64,000 nucleotides of DNA from an uncultured Clostridia bacterium (GTDB lineage Bacteria > Bacillota > Clostridia > TANB77 > CAG-508): contig CAKPRG010000006.1 of NCBI GenBank assembly GCA_934182465.1, positions 2,368 through 66,367 of the forward strand. Direction: 5' to 3'. Positions 63,978 to 64,000 of the stretch are shown piece by piece; the first letter of the stretch is position 1, and each line of letters opens with the position of its first letter. A program made the position numbers and the translations under genes. Below the pieces are notes generated by a model. The model was not told the origin of the DNA and did not search any database. It saw only the letters and a list, made by a program, of their open reading frames with translations.

Positions 63978-64000
63978 TGCAAAAAGATAACACTAATTTA

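Overview
Very AT-rich window (not computed; CpG and G+C-rich words are rare by eye) read under the standard bacterial code: TGA is used as a stop and long conserved ORFs stay intact. It looks like a low-GC Firmicutes (Clostridia-like) chromosome, with most genes on the minus strand. (1) Positions ~1-9.8 kb look like an integrated mobilizable element next to a tRNA-Glu(CUC). It carries a tyrosine integrase, an Xis-like HTH, a MobV/Pre relaxase, an XRE repressor, a sigma/anti-sigma pair and two Spo0A-type DNA-binding proteins. I saw no Rep or T4SS genes. Its intergenic regions are unusually rich in structure: a promoter-to-terminator small transcript, a perfect 20-bp inverted repeat enclosing 200 nt, phased iterons, palindromes and operator-like repeats. 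(2) Positions 9.9-14 kb hold core genes (mrnC, rbgA, a MazG-like gene, DUF1292, ruvX, ireB). (3) Positions 14-28 kb are lineage-specific: a degenerate-GGDEF membrane protein, a 1076-aa protein (pseudo-receiver, two AT-hooks, about 9 LPG[ILVM][ED] motifs, degenerate ParA/MinD domain), a G5-SH3-glucosaminidase, HU, a SpoVB/MurJ-like flippase, and an orphan TraG/VirD4-like coupling ATPase convergent with a possible replication-relaxation-like protein. (4) Positions 28-64 kb are mostly housekeeping: S1 protein, rluB-like, rluD, tagA-like, lspA, a GT-C-like membrane protein, rarA, ruvA, PPIase, trmL, pflA/pflB, maf, a two-component system and pepF. Interspersed are a transglutaminase/Big_2/7-repeat surface protein, a tandem-OB SSB-like protein, a MurD-like ligase paired with a PP-loop protein (MurD2/MurL-like), split TauE halves, an 892-aa protein made of about 8 HTH-like modules, and a sortase with a thioester-domain adhesin whose LPKTG signal is cut off right after the motif. 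Codon-level oddity: rluD and one TauE half are each broken by one extra C in front of a GGA glycine codon. By my manual scan these create the only two in-frame CGG codons in any credible ORF here. No rRNA, CRISPR array, transposase or reverse transcriptase was recognised.
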